Virus record (IMG/VR): IMGVR_UViG_3300033066_001354
Direction: 5' to 3' (one strand)
Origin: an uncultured virus (IMG/VR IMGVR_UViG_3300033066_001354)
Taxonomy: Duplodnaviria; Heunggongvirae; Uroviricota; Caudoviricetes
Length of the DNA stretch: 64,000 nt
The notes under the pieces were generated by a model. That model saw only the letters and a list, made by a program, of their open reading frames with translations, did no database searches and was not told where the DNA came from. A program made the position numbers and the translations under genes. Shown in pieces: positions 9,926-19,054 of this stretch. Each line of letters begins with the position of its first letter. The first letter of the stretch is position 1.

Positions 9926-10390
9926 TCATCCTCGTGGCATAAGCTTCGTATAAGGCGGTTGTGAACCTTCGCCTCTGTAGTTTTCATACTCATAGTTTTT
10001 CAAGTTACCGTCCATACTAGGTGAAGGGAACTCGTCTACTTGTGCGAATCCAGCAATGTTATCCGTGCCATCCATGTTGAAAACGTTTGTGCCCTTGTCT
10101 TCCTCTGGATTGTCGCCACCTGGAAGGTCAGAATATTCTGGAACACGGTAACGTCCAATGTTTTTCAAGCGTAACTGTTCGCTTTCTTCCGCCTCTGGAA
10201 ACACTTCGTCTCCAGGAATCATACGGTCTTCCATCGGAACGATGCCTGGGTTGACATAATATTGAGCCACCTTGGTGATGACGCCGCCTAATACGTCAGC
10301 CTCTTCGTGAAAGCCCCTTTTGTCAAGCTCTGACGCCGTGTTTGCTATTTTCAACCATAAGTTTTGCATCGTGTTGTTTTGTTTCTCCAA
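9926..10390 (-). CDS. Hypothetical protein with N-terminal ELD..G.HEEAD motif
   Basis: 154-aa ORF (true start may be ATG 10369); IANTASELDKRGFHEEADVL. Confidence 0.6.
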   Translation of the reverse strand: MEKQNNTMQNLWLKIANTASELDKRGFHEEADVLGGVITKVAQYYVNPGIVPMEDRMIPGDEVFPEAEESEQLRLKNIGRYRVPEYSDLPGGDNPEEDKGTNVFNMDGTDNIAGFAQVDEFPSPSMDGNLKNYEYENYRGEGSQPPYTKLMPRG

Positions 10391-10392
10391 AG

Positions 10393-11529
10393 CTATGCGA
10401 ATTCCTTTCGTGCTGCATTGAGAGCCGAAGCCAAAACTATGTCCATGTCTTGGTATCTGTACTCTCCGAGCCTTCCTCCGACGATAAGGTTGGGTGTCGC
10501 TTTAGCCATGTCCAGGTACTTTTTATGCACACGGTTGTTCGTCTCGTCGTTTACAGGATAGTATGGCAAATTAACACCGTTGTACGGCTCTGGATATTCT
10601 CTGCTTATGTAAGTGTACGGCAACTGAGCTTTGAACTCAAAATGCTTGTGCTCTATTATCCTAATCCAAGGCACTTCTTCGTCAGTGAAATTGATTTGGG
10701 CATGTCCCTGATAGTCTCCCTCGTGCCTTTCAAGCTCGTACCTTAAAGACCTGTACTCCAAAGCGCCATGCTCGAAGTTGAAATAGTGGTCTAAAGAACC
10801 AGTGTACACAATTTTGTCTGCAAGTGACTCAAACTCTTCACGCTGCTGAAAAAAGTCTGTGTTGACGACACAATCAATGCCGTCGAGCATCTTTTCAAAG
10901 ATTTGAGTATATCCGCCGATAGGGACGCCCTCATACATGTCAGAGTCTGGATAGTGCCTACCGCAATGGTGCAATTTGTAAGGCAGGCGCTTAATGATAG
11001 ATGTTGGTAGGAGTTTAGGCTCTTTGTTCCACACCTTTTTCGTATAACCGTAGATGAACATTCGGTACATCTCTTCGCCTATTTGTGAAAGAGCGAATTC
11101 TTCGAAGTTTTTAGGACTGTCAAACTTGACGACTGATTCAGATATTTTTTGCTTGCCGCCAGCAGGAGTGGTGACGCCCCATACTTCATGCATCGTGCTT
11201 AAGTTAATGGGGAAAGAATATAGTCTATCTTTGTAAAAAGCTTTTACCCGAAGCTGAAAGTTGTTGAATGTGGCAAATTGATTAATGTAATCCCATAAGT
11301 ATTTTTGTGAACAATGGAAGATATGAGGCCCGTGCATATGGACATGTATCCCTTCCATTTCTTGAGTGTGGCAGTCCCCACCGATATAAGGTCTTTTTTC
11401 AATGACGCAAACTTTTTTTCCGTGCTTTTTTGCCTCGTGAGCGAACGTGCAACCCCAAAGCCCCGCACCGACCACTAGATAGTCATAAATGGGCTTAGAG
11501 GGTTGCTTGTAGTAGTCATAACCTCGCAT
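10393..11529 (-). CDS. glf: UDP-galactopyranose mutase
   Basis: FAD motif VVGAGLWG, HMHGPHIFH, YGYTKKVW, LEYRSL, RIIEHKHF, PYYPVN, GRLGEYRYQDMD. Confidence 0.95.
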   Translation of the reverse strand: MRGYDYYKQPSKPIYDYLVVGAGLWGCTFAHEAKKHGKKVCVIEKRPYIGGDCHTQEMEGIHVHMHGPHIFHCSQKYLWDYINQFATFNNFQLRVKAFYKDRLYSFPINLSTMHEVWGVTTPAGGKQKISESVVKFDSPKNFEEFALSQIGEEMYRMFIYGYTKKVWNKEPKLLPTSIIKRLPYKLHHCGRHYPDSDMYEGVPIGGYTQIFEKMLDGIDCVVNTDFFQQREEFESLADKIVYTGSLDHYFNFEHGALEYRSLRYELERHEGDYQGHAQINFTDEEVPWIRIIEHKHFEFKAQLPYTYISREYPEPYNGVNLPYYPVNDETNNRVHKKYLDMAKATPNLIVGGRLGEYRYQDMDIVLASALNAARKEFA

Positions 11530-11536
11530 GCTTGTT

Positions 11537-11552
11537 TTATACAGTTGTATAA
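11537..11552. promoter_or_regulatory. Back-to-back divergent TGTATAA elements
   Basis: TTATACA-gt-TGTATAA; each half is exactly 7 nt from a start codon (glf ATG 11529; MTase GTG 11560). Confidence 0.65.
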
Positions 11553-11559
11553 GACAGTC

Positions 11560-13449
11560 GTGCCCAATTTACTAAAAGTGTTGACAGACTCGTCCGACTG
11601 GGACAACAACGGCCCGGCGCTGATTGACGAAGATAATTTTGACCTTGTTTTCGAACAATGGAAAAACATGGTGCCGACTGGTCACAACACACAAACGTGC
11701 GTCCAAGCCTTTTTTGAAGACCTGGGCTGTAATGGTGTCACACAGGGATGTTTCATCTGCCTAGCCACGGCAGACGACACAATTCTTGTTCCATCTCCTG
11801 AACATGCAAACTTTTGGTCAAAACACACCCGCCCCAAAAACCTAAAGGCGCTTTCAGCCCAAAAAGACCGATTAGTAGATTTGTGGTCGCGAAGGACGGA
11901 GGGTGAGTTTTTCACCCCTGACTTTTATGCAAAGTTGGGGCACAAGTATATTCATGAACACCTAAAAGACAAGACATATCAGACACATTGGTGGGACATG
12001 TGTTGTGGAACTGGCAACCTCACCAAGCCTTGTCCAGAAGAAATGAAAGGACGGCTGTTTTTGTCCACGCTCAATCAAGAAGACATTGACATACTGTTAG
12101 ACGAGTCTGCCGAACCCTCACAAGTGTTTTCCCAAGACTTTTTGAACACAGACGACAATTACGCTTTTTTGGAAAACGTCAAAGAGTGGGTGTTCATACT
12201 CAATCCGCCTTATTCAGCCAGTCCCACTGTACGCGATGAGCACAAAAAGGGCGTCGGAGAGACTTTGGTTGGTGCTCGAATGAAAGAGCACGCTATGAAC
12301 AAGGCGGCCTCTAATTTAACGACTCAGTTCTTATGGAAAATTGCACAAATAGCAAAGAAATATAAATTGAACATCACTGTTGGTATGTTCACGCAAATAT
12401 CATTTGTCATGAACCCCAGTTATGCCCAGTTTTACAAAGATTGGCTTGACGTTTTCGGGTTTGTCAACGGTTTTTGTTTTCATTGCAGCGAGTTCGAAGG
12501 CACCACTGGTGAATGGCCTGTTGTTTTTAGTACATGGTCTACTGATTGTCAAGGGTCGAGCAATGTAACTGTTGACATTTACGAGCAAAGAAAACTTGTC
12601 GGAACCAAAAGTTTTGCCCCTGCTAGACAACCACTGAGCAAATGGGTGGATAGACCTAAAAACACCCAAGACGCTCCGCCGTTCACAAGCGCCATGACGG
12701 TAGCTTCTCTTGACAAAACTATCAACTTGTGCAAACTTCCTGACAACGCTCTGGGGTTTGCTGTTTTCGCGGCAAACGATGTGATGCACTCCAAACAAGC
12801 CTATTTGCTGTCTTCGCCATATGCAAATGGAAGCGGCTGGGGTGTGCTGGAGTCAAACTTTGAACAATCTATGGTAGCTCTTGGATTAAGGGCTATAATC
12901 AAAGGCACATGGTTGAACGACCGAGACCAGTTCAACGTTCCTGACACAACCTCAGAACACTATGAAAGTTTTAAAAACGACTTGATAATGTGGTTATTGT
13001 TCAGCAATTTTAATCATTCGGCTAGTTTAGAGTGTAAGTTTATGGACACACATTATGATATCCAAAACCACTTTTTTTGGAAAGAAGGGCGTTTCGCTGG
13101 CGATTGGTTAAAGGGAAGGTCTTTCGGAGACGAAGCTGTCGCTATTTTGCAACATTGTAACAAGCTTTACGACATGTTACAACAGTATTCGGTCACTGCG
13201 TCACCAGACTACCAATTATCGAGGTGGGACGCTGGGTGGTACCAATGGAGAAAGGCTTTATGTGGCAAAAATTCTCCAAACAAAGTGATTGTCGAAATGT
13301 ACTCTCAGTACAAAAAGAAGCATAAGGCTTTGACAGACGCTCTAGTGCCAAAAGTCTACGAGCTTGGTGTCTTGCCGCGAGAAATGTATTTTGACAAAAT
13401 GAAAAACAGCAAACAAGTCAGATTGCATAAGCTTAAGACCTTGGAATAG
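11560..13449 (+). CDS. Orphan N6-adenine DNA methyltransferase with long C-terminal specificity region
   Basis: GEFFTP (motif X), WDMCCGTGNL (motif I), QDFL, NPPY (motif IV). Start reassigned to the in-frame GTG at 11560. Confidence 0.8.
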   Translation: MPNLLKVLTDSSDWDNNGPALIDEDNFDLVFEQWKNMVPTGHNTQTCVQAFFEDLGCNGVTQGCFICLATADDTILVPSPEHANFWSKHTRPKNLKALSAQKDRLVDLWSRRTEGEFFTPDFYAKLGHKYIHEHLKDKTYQTHWWDMCCGTGNLTKPCPEEMKGRLFLSTLNQEDIDILLDESAEPSQVFSQDFLNTDDNYAFLENVKEWVFILNPPYSASPTVRDEHKKGVGETLVGARMKEHAMNKAASNLTTQFLWKIAQIAKKYKLNITVGMFTQISFVMNPSYAQFYKDWLDVFGFVNGFCFHCSEFEGTTGEWPVVFSTWSTDCQGSSNVTVDIYEQRKLVGTKSFAPARQPLSKWVDRPKNTQDAPPFTSAMTVASLDKTINLCKLPDNALGFAVFAANDVMHSKQAYLLSSPYANGSGWGVLESNFEQSMVALGLRAIIKGTWLNDRDQFNVPDTTSEHYESFKNDLIMWLLFSNFNHSASLECKFMDTHYDIQNHFFWKEGRFAGDWLKGRSFGDEAVAILQHCNKLYDMLQQYSVTASPDYQLSRWDAGWYQWRKALCGKNSPNKVIVEMYSQYKKKHKALTDALVPKVYELGVLPREMYFDKMKNSKQVRLHKLKTLE

Positions 13450-14563
13450 GACTTGGATTGAAAGAACCGCCCTGATATTTGTCCGCAAATCCCAGAGGTT
13501 CGCCAGGTGTGCCTATACCTTTTGCAGTCTCAAACTCGCTCCAATAACTATATGGGTCGTTAGGATTGCGCATAGGAGTCTGTGGCTTTTGTGTCTGTTC
13601 AAGTTGTTTTTCAAGCGGCAAAAAGGCGTCCAGGTCTCTGTCGATGTCTTGAACCATTGACGGATTTTTGTCTCCAAACCCCCATCTGTGGTCGCCAATT
13701 TGGTCGGCGTTGGGATAATCCATCAGAGTTTGTTCGTTCGGCCCCTCAGCACCTCCCCATTCGGTTTTGTAGTTCTGGTCTAAATAATCGTCTAATTCGC
13801 TGCCTTTTTCCAAAAGCTTGGCGTTACCTAATCCGAGTGGTGTCTTAAACCTTATACTGTCCATATTTGGGGACAATTCTTCTTCTTCATCGTCGCGCTG
13901 AGTCTCGTCCCAAAAGGGATTTGTCCTTCCGTGGTTGACAGTTTGTGCGAAGTGTGTCCGCTCTGGTTGCACAACCTCCGGGAGTTCGTCCTCGTACTTC
14001 ATCTTCTCGCCGGGTTTGTACTTATGTAAACCAAGCAGTTGCATTTCCAAGGTTGACATGTGCTCTGGTTTTGGTGCAAAGTTATTCTTAATGTACGACA
14101 CAGTGTTCGTGTCCACCATTTTTTGGGAGTCTTGGAGCCACTTGTTTCGTCGCCTGACTTCCTTCTTGATTCTAAGTTTTTCACGTTCTTCTGGAGTCAG
14201 CCAATAAGGAATCATGTTATCTTCTTCGTTTTGACTGTGATAGACTTCGAGCCTCTTTTCTAAATTGCGGTGCTCATCAACTTGTGGCGGATTATGTGTC
14301 TGAGAAATTATGCTGTCGAACGTCTTGTCGGCCGAAAAATTGTTGATTCCGTAGTTCTTGCTGCCACTACCCGCGCTGAACGGCGAACTCCCAGGGGCAT
14401 AAGCATTTGGTCGCCCGCCAGTAGTGCCTCCGAATTGAGCCGTTTTTACGTTCTCGTCAGGCTTGATTGCGGCAAAACACCTTGGACACACATTGGCGTC
14501 ACGCTGTTCGTTGAACAGCATGACGACGTTGGTACCCCTTTTTTCACAAGCCGTGCATTTCAT
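13433..14563 (-). CDS. Hypothetical protein with N-terminal Zn ribbon, putative virion-associated
   Basis: CTAC...CPRC; VKTAQ motif; three LE[KM][QR]L repeats; directly downstream of terminase. Confidence 0.6.
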   Translation of the reverse strand: MKCTACEKRGTNVVMLFNEQRDANVCPRCFAAIKPDENVKTAQFGGTTGGRPNAYAPGSSPFSAGSGSKNYGINNFSADKTFDSIISQTHNPPQVDEHRNLEKRLEVYHSQNEEDNMIPYWLTPEEREKLRIKKEVRRRNKWLQDSQKMVDTNTVSYIKNNFAPKPEHMSTLEMQLLGLHKYKPGEKMKYEDELPEVVQPERTHFAQTVNHGRTNPFWDETQRDDEEEELSPNMDSIRFKTPLGLGNAKLLEKGSELDDYLDQNYKTEWGGAEGPNEQTLMDYPNADQIGDHRWGFGDKNPSMVQDIDRDLDAFLPLEKQLEQTQKPQTPMRNPNDPYSYWSEFETAKGIGTPGEPLGFADKYQGGSFNPSPIPRS

Positions 14564-14606
14564 GTTTTGCCTTGGATATGTTGCTGGAACAAAGCTATGT
14601 TTCCTT

Positions 14607-14633
14607 CTTCAACACCGACACGTCTTGAACCTT
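14607..14633 (-). promoter_or_regulatory. SigH-type promoter AAGGTT-N17-GAAG
   Basis: Intergenic, same spacing as the other copies. Confidence 0.5.
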
Positions 14634-14638
14634 GATGT

Positions 14639-16789
14639 TTAACGCAAGCCTCTGAACATATGAGTCCTTGTTTTAGGCAGAGTCGAGTAAACTTTGTCTT
14701 TCAGCGCTTCATACGCCGCAGCAGCCACTGCATCAGGAAAATCATCGTGAAGTCCAGGAAGCGCCTCAATTTTGAAAGACTTGCCGTTAAACTTCCTTTG
14801 TAAGTTGATGAACTGTTTTTTGCATTCTGTCACTTCTTGTAAGTCTTCTACTATTCCGTTGTTGTCATAAACAGTGTCCTGATTGTAAAAAACTATGCGT
14901 CCGTCGCTGAACAATTCGTACAATTCTCCATAAATACTGGACTTGTACTTCATGTCAAACACCTTTTCGACGGCGTTCAGTCCGTGGTTTATCAACTTAG
15001 TGATTGAGTTCTGACTGTTCCATTGGTCATAGCTGATTTGAGCGAATTTGAACTTCACAGCAAGACTCAGAATATACTTGTCCACTTCGTCAGAGTTGAT
15101 TGGCTGGTTTTTGCCCTTTGGTCGCCAAACATGCATATGGTCTATTATGACTCTCTGTAAAGGTTTTCCGTCAGGCCCTATTGCGTTTTCCATAGGCTCG
15201 GTATGACACACCACCAACGTATAAAAATCAGATGATTTCGCTGGGTCGAGATGCGCGAAGTAACGCGTCAGCGGCTGACCATTGTTGGCACGCCTTGTGT
15301 GACCGATGTTCTCAAAGGCTCTTTTTACATATGCTTCGTTAATCCAAGCGTCAGAACCAGCCGCGCCAAATTTAGCCCCGTAAAACACATGGTAGTTCGT
15401 CGGGTCTTTTCGTTTTTGTTGCTCCAAATAAGCTTGTTCGATGTAAGGGTTTGACAGCCAGGTCGAAAGCTGGGCCATTAACGTGAGCGGGTCTTCAAAA
15501 CTGTCTAAGTACAATTTGTAGAACTTTCCGAACGGGCCGAGAGGGTTGGAAATACATATCATCTTGCCATCGCGACCAAAAGTCGAAATAGCAGGCTTCA
15601 ACTTGTCGTACAAGGCGTCGTCAGTGCCGCCTTCAGCCGATGCTGGTGCCATTTCAGCCATCTCGTCAATGATAATGACAGCCATTGTTCCACCGACCAG
15701 TCCAGAAGCGCTTGAGTGACCAGACTTTAATTGGATAGTGCCAATCATTGGGTCTTGATTGCGCTCGATTCTCCGTTTGTTCTCAGCCTTGTCATGGTCG
15801 GTCAAGAAAAACATTTCTAACTGTGTCGATTTACCGATATATGGTATGAAATAGGGACTTGACTCCGCCAACTGTCTGATTTTGTCAAAGATAGCCATTT
15901 TAGCCTGGTTTTCTGACACAGCAACGTTCAAAATAGTAATAATGTCAAATTCCATAATTGGATAACGGGCTTGCGGATGTCCCATCATCAAGAACCTATA
16001 GACTTCGTACAATGTTATGACAGATGTCAAAAACGATTTCCCAGAACGACGACCAAGCACTAATATAAGCTCTTGAAACTTTTTGCCAAACTTTTCCAAA
16101 ATTTGCTTTCTTACTTTATGGTCAATCTCGCTGTCGTTCAACAAGTCCATTTCTGTCTGGAACATGTCCAAAATATCACGGGCTTTCAACAAGTTGATTT
16201 CATCTAACTGGTCTTCTCGAATAGCTTCTTCTATCCTTTGCTCGTACCTTTTAGCACGCACGTCTGGGTCAAACCTGCTGCACATTAAACACGGCGAGTT
16301 CTCTATAGGCATCAAATTATTTTTGCCAGCTTCTTCACCTTTTAGAAGAGAACGGTGATAGAGATGCTCAAACTTCTTGTTATAGTTCCAAACACACCCT
16401 GAACAGTCTTCAGTCCTTTCATCGTGAATCTTTAAGTGTGTGTTGCCTGGACTCCCGGCGTAAAACACCTTTAAAATCAATTTTTGCCAAGGTGTTAACC
16501 GTAGGTTCAAAAAGTAGGGGTGCTCACAAAACACCACCACGTCCACCATGCCGTCTATGTTGAACTTGTTCTTCTCTGGGGCTGGTGGAGGTGGCACCTC
16601 TGCTCGTTTCAGCGAAGACACGAAGACATCTAAGTTGTCTTCGTCGTATTGTTCTGTGACGACTTTAGGGTTAGTCTCTCTTTCTAATTCAATAACAGCT
16701 TGTTCGAATGCGGCCAAGCCTCTACGAAACTTTTCAGCAGCCTCTGCTCGGTTGTTTTTAGAAGCTCCATCATTTTTGTTTTTTCTCAT
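14639..16789 (-). CDS. terL: Terminase large subunit
   Basis: LTPWQ motif, Walker A LGRRSGKS, Walker B IIIDE, ISNP coupling motif, nuclease motifs HLDPA..SD, YDQWNS, HDDFPDAVA. Confidence 0.92.
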   Translation of the reverse strand: MRKNKNDGASKNNRAEAAEKFRRGLAAFEQAVIELERETNPKVVTEQYDEDNLDVFVSSLKRAEVPPPPAPEKNKFNIDGMVDVVVFCEHPYFLNLRLTPWQKLILKVFYAGSPGNTHLKIHDERTEDCSGCVWNYNKKFEHLYHRSLLKGEEAGKNNLMPIENSPCLMCSRFDPDVRAKRYEQRIEEAIREDQLDEINLLKARDILDMFQTEMDLLNDSEIDHKVRKQILEKFGKKFQELILVLGRRSGKSFLTSVITLYEVYRFLMMGHPQARYPIMEFDIITILNVAVSENQAKMAIFDKIRQLAESSPYFIPYIGKSTQLEMFFLTDHDKAENKRRIERNQDPMIGTIQLKSGHSSASGLVGGTMAVIIIDEMAEMAPASAEGGTDDALYDKLKPAISTFGRDGKMICISNPLGPFGKFYKLYLDSFEDPLTLMAQLSTWLSNPYIEQAYLEQQKRKDPTNYHVFYGAKFGAAGSDAWINEAYVKRAFENIGHTRRANNGQPLTRYFAHLDPAKSSDFYTLVVCHTEPMENAIGPDGKPLQRVIIDHMHVWRPKGKNQPINSDEVDKYILSLAVKFKFAQISYDQWNSQNSITKLINHGLNAVEKVFDMKYKSSIYGELYELFSDGRIVFYNQDTVYDNNGIVEDLQEVTECKKQFINLQRKFNGKSFKIEALPGLHDDFPDAVAAAAYEALKDKVYSTLPKTRTHMFRGLR

Positions 16790-16803
16790 GGTTTCATACT
16801 ATG

Positions 16804-17547
16804 TTACTGTTCGCGCATGCTTCGAACCGTGTCCATCAATATTTGTTTGGCTTCTGGGTCGCTTACTTTTTGATAAACTCCCATCAAAACTGCAAAAATA
16901 TCCACGTTTATGTTGACACTTGCTTCGTCCCGCATTCGTTTGTATTCGACCAATCTAGAGTACAGTCTGTCCAACAATTGACTTCGGCGCATCATTAAAT
17001 CTGGTTTGCCTTTACAACTCATACCTCTAATCTCGTTGATTTCGGTAAGTGTGCCAGTGACGGCCAAGTCTAATTCTCGATATCGCCATCTTGCCATGTC
17101 GGACTCTTGTTGCTCTAAATCAATCAAGCCACTTTTCTTCAAAAAGTCCAGCGTGCAGTGGGCGCTCATGTGAGTGTCAACACACTCCCAAGAAACCACT
17201 GCGTTAAAATACTTGCGGAAGAAATTCACCACTGCGTTCGGTCGTCGCCCGTTTTCCAAATACCAATGCTCGGCTCTTTCGCGCCAGGGCGATTTGCACA
17301 AAACACACCGTGGTTCGAATTTCGATGTGTACACCGTGTCCGCCATCGTGTCTTGTGGAATTGGAATGAGGGGCTTTTCCGCGTCTAGGATTTCAGAAAG
17401 CCTTCTTGGTTTCGACAAGTGCTTGTCAGAAACAGTCAAATCATGCAGTTCGCTTTCAGAATCCATGACTTGAATGCTAGTAACAACCGACATTTCTTCA
17501 ATGTCGGCTTCTAAAATGTCTTCACGGAAATCACCGTTAGTATTCAT
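16804..17547 (-). CDS. Candidate terminase small subunit (Cys/His Zn-binding)
   Basis: Immediately upstream of terL; CVLC...HMSAH pattern followed by a helical region; GGAG SD. Function is positional inference. Confidence 0.5.
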   Translation of the reverse strand: MNTNGDFREDILEADIEEMSVVTSIQVMDSESELHDLTVSDKHLSKPRRLSEILDAEKPLIPIPQDTMADTVYTSKFEPRCVLCKSPWRERAEHWYLENGRRPNAVVNFFRKYFNAVVSWECVDTHMSAHCTLDFLKKSGLIDLEQQESDMARWRYRELDLAVTGTLTEINEIRGMSCKGKPDLMMRRSQLLDRLYSRLVEYKRMRDEASVNINVDIFAVLMGVYQKVSDPEAKQILMDTVRSMREQ

Positions 17548-17562
17548 AGTCTCCTTTTACAG

Positions 17563-17622
17563 ACAAATCACACATGTTGTGACTTGTAATTTTCAAACAA
17601 ATCATATTTGTTATGACTTGTA
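17563..17622. repeat. Two 26-nt imperfect direct repeats, each a palindrome
   Basis: acaaaTCACAcatgtTGTGActtgta (17563-17588) and acaaaTCATAtttgtTATGActtgta (17597-17622). Confidence 0.75.
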
Positions 17623-17629
17623 CTATGAA

Positions 17630-17656
17630 TTTCAGAGTTGTTTGCAACTCCACCTT
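17630..17656 (-). promoter_or_regulatory. SigH-type promoter AAGGTG-N17-GAAA for the terminase operon
   Basis: Intergenic, conserved spacing. Confidence 0.55.
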
Positions 17657-17676
17657 GTATTTTTGCTTATTTTCTG

Positions 17677-18957
17677 TTATTGCAACAATCCGATGCTTTT
17701 TAGGTCGGCAATCAAAGTGCCTAAAATGTCGGCTAATTCATCGACAGAAGTGGCGTCGGCGTTATAAGTGCGGTCAGTTGTGACGTTTGAAGTTGTGTAA
17801 GCCGCTGGTCTTGCTGCCGGAGTCTGTCCATAAAAACCAAGGGTCGATGAAGAGCCGCCCAAGGTGATTGCTTGACTGTTCGTCACTTTGATGAAAGACA
17901 CACCATCGACTTGTACGTCAAGAATGTTTCCAGTAAACGCGGACGCGATATTGACACCGATAAATGTCCCGTTAGCGCTTCCAGCAAAATTGTTGGCACC
18001 TCCGCTAAACCCACCGTTGCCTATTTGCACTAGGGAGCCGCCTGTCGCACCTTTTGCAGTGCCGTTGATGTTCAGGGCGTAATTGGTGCCATAAGTGCCG
18101 AAACCACCGCCAGACGGGTTGTACGTGATAGATACTGGTGCCACCCACGTAAGGGCAACCGAGCCAAGGTCTGTCCATTGGGGTGCTGACGCGCCAGCGG
18201 TCAACACATACCCAGTCGCTCCAAGCGCCAAAGAAGCAAGTTGTCCAAATGTTCCGCTTGTGGCATAAAACATTGACCCTGTAGTACCAGGGAAAGCCGC
18301 GCCGCCGACAGACAAAATCCACGAATTATTGGCGTGTGTCGCCATATTGTAAATCGTGGCAGTAGAACTTGAAGGCTTCAGCGTCACATCACCTGTAGAC
18401 GCCGCCAATGTGAACGTTTGACCGTTTAAACCTATGTATGTGTCCGAATTAAGAGTGATGGAAAAAGTCTGCCCGTTCAAACCAATGGATGACTGTACGT
18501 TAAGCGTGCGTTGTGGCGAAATTCCGCCAGTGATGGAAAAAGAAGTCCCTTGACTGCTAATAGTCACGACGTGCGAGGTGGATGCTGACGCGCTAACTCT
18601 AAAAGTTAAATTACCACCGCTGCCGTCAATACCGCTTCCGCCAACGAAATTCATGGTGTTGACTGTCGTGTTGTCAAGTGTTATGTTCGTGTTGGCTAGC
18701 ACGCTTTGCCAGCCATTGATTACATCTTCGTAAACTCGAAGTTGTTTAGCCACAGTGTTGAAGTACACTTCACCAGGATTGCCGCTTACAGGATTTGAGG
18801 ACAAATTTCCTATGCGCAATAATTGAACGCCCATTGACACTGGGCCTGTGACCGGACTGTTCGAACCGTCTAGACGTAAATAGTTTCCGTCTAACGTCGT
18901 TAAATCAACGGCACCAGTTGCGACTTTACGAGGAGGAAGGATAAATGTGTTCGACAT
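17677..18957 (-). CDS. Gly/Ser/Thr-rich fibre-like virion protein (head or tail fibre)
   Basis: YLRLDG motif, beta-rich composition, internal repeat IGLNGQTF x2, C-terminus LIADLKSIGLL typical of fibre proteins. Confidence 0.65.
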   Translation of the reverse strand: MSNTFILPPRKVATGAVDLTTLDGNYLRLDGSNSPVTGPVSMGVQLLRIGNLSSNPVSGNPGEVYFNTVAKQLRVYEDVINGWQSVLANTNITLDNTTVNTMNFVGGSGIDGSGGNLTFRVSASASTSHVVTISSQGTSFSITGGISPQRTLNVQSSIGLNGQTFSITLNSDTYIGLNGQTFTLAASTGDVTLKPSSSTATIYNMATHANNSWILSVGGAAFPGTTGSMFYATSGTFGQLASLALGATGYVLTAGASAPQWTDLGSVALTWVAPVSITYNPSGGGFGTYGTNYALNINGTAKGATGGSLVQIGNGGFSGGANNFAGSANGTFIGVNIASAFTGNILDVQVDGVSFIKVTNSQAITLGGSSSTLGFYGQTPAARPAAYTTSNVTTDRTYNADATSVDELADILGTLIADLKSIGLLQ

Positions 18958-19020
18958 AACGACCTTAAATCACGATATGTGAATTATTACCTATTGTGTC
19001 GCGTTTATACTGCAACAAAA

Positions 19021-19053
19021 GAAAGAGCCGATTCAAATAGAATCGGCTCTTTC
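19021..19053 (-). terminator. Intrinsic terminator, possibly bidirectional
   Basis: 14-bp perfect stem GAAAGAGCCGATTC/GAATCGGCTCTTTC followed by TTTTG on minus. Confidence 0.8.
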
Positions 19054-19054
19054 T

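Noticed and set aside
17563..17622. Mini CRISPR array
   Set aside because: Only two imperfect copies with an 8-nt gap; no spacer-length unique sequence.
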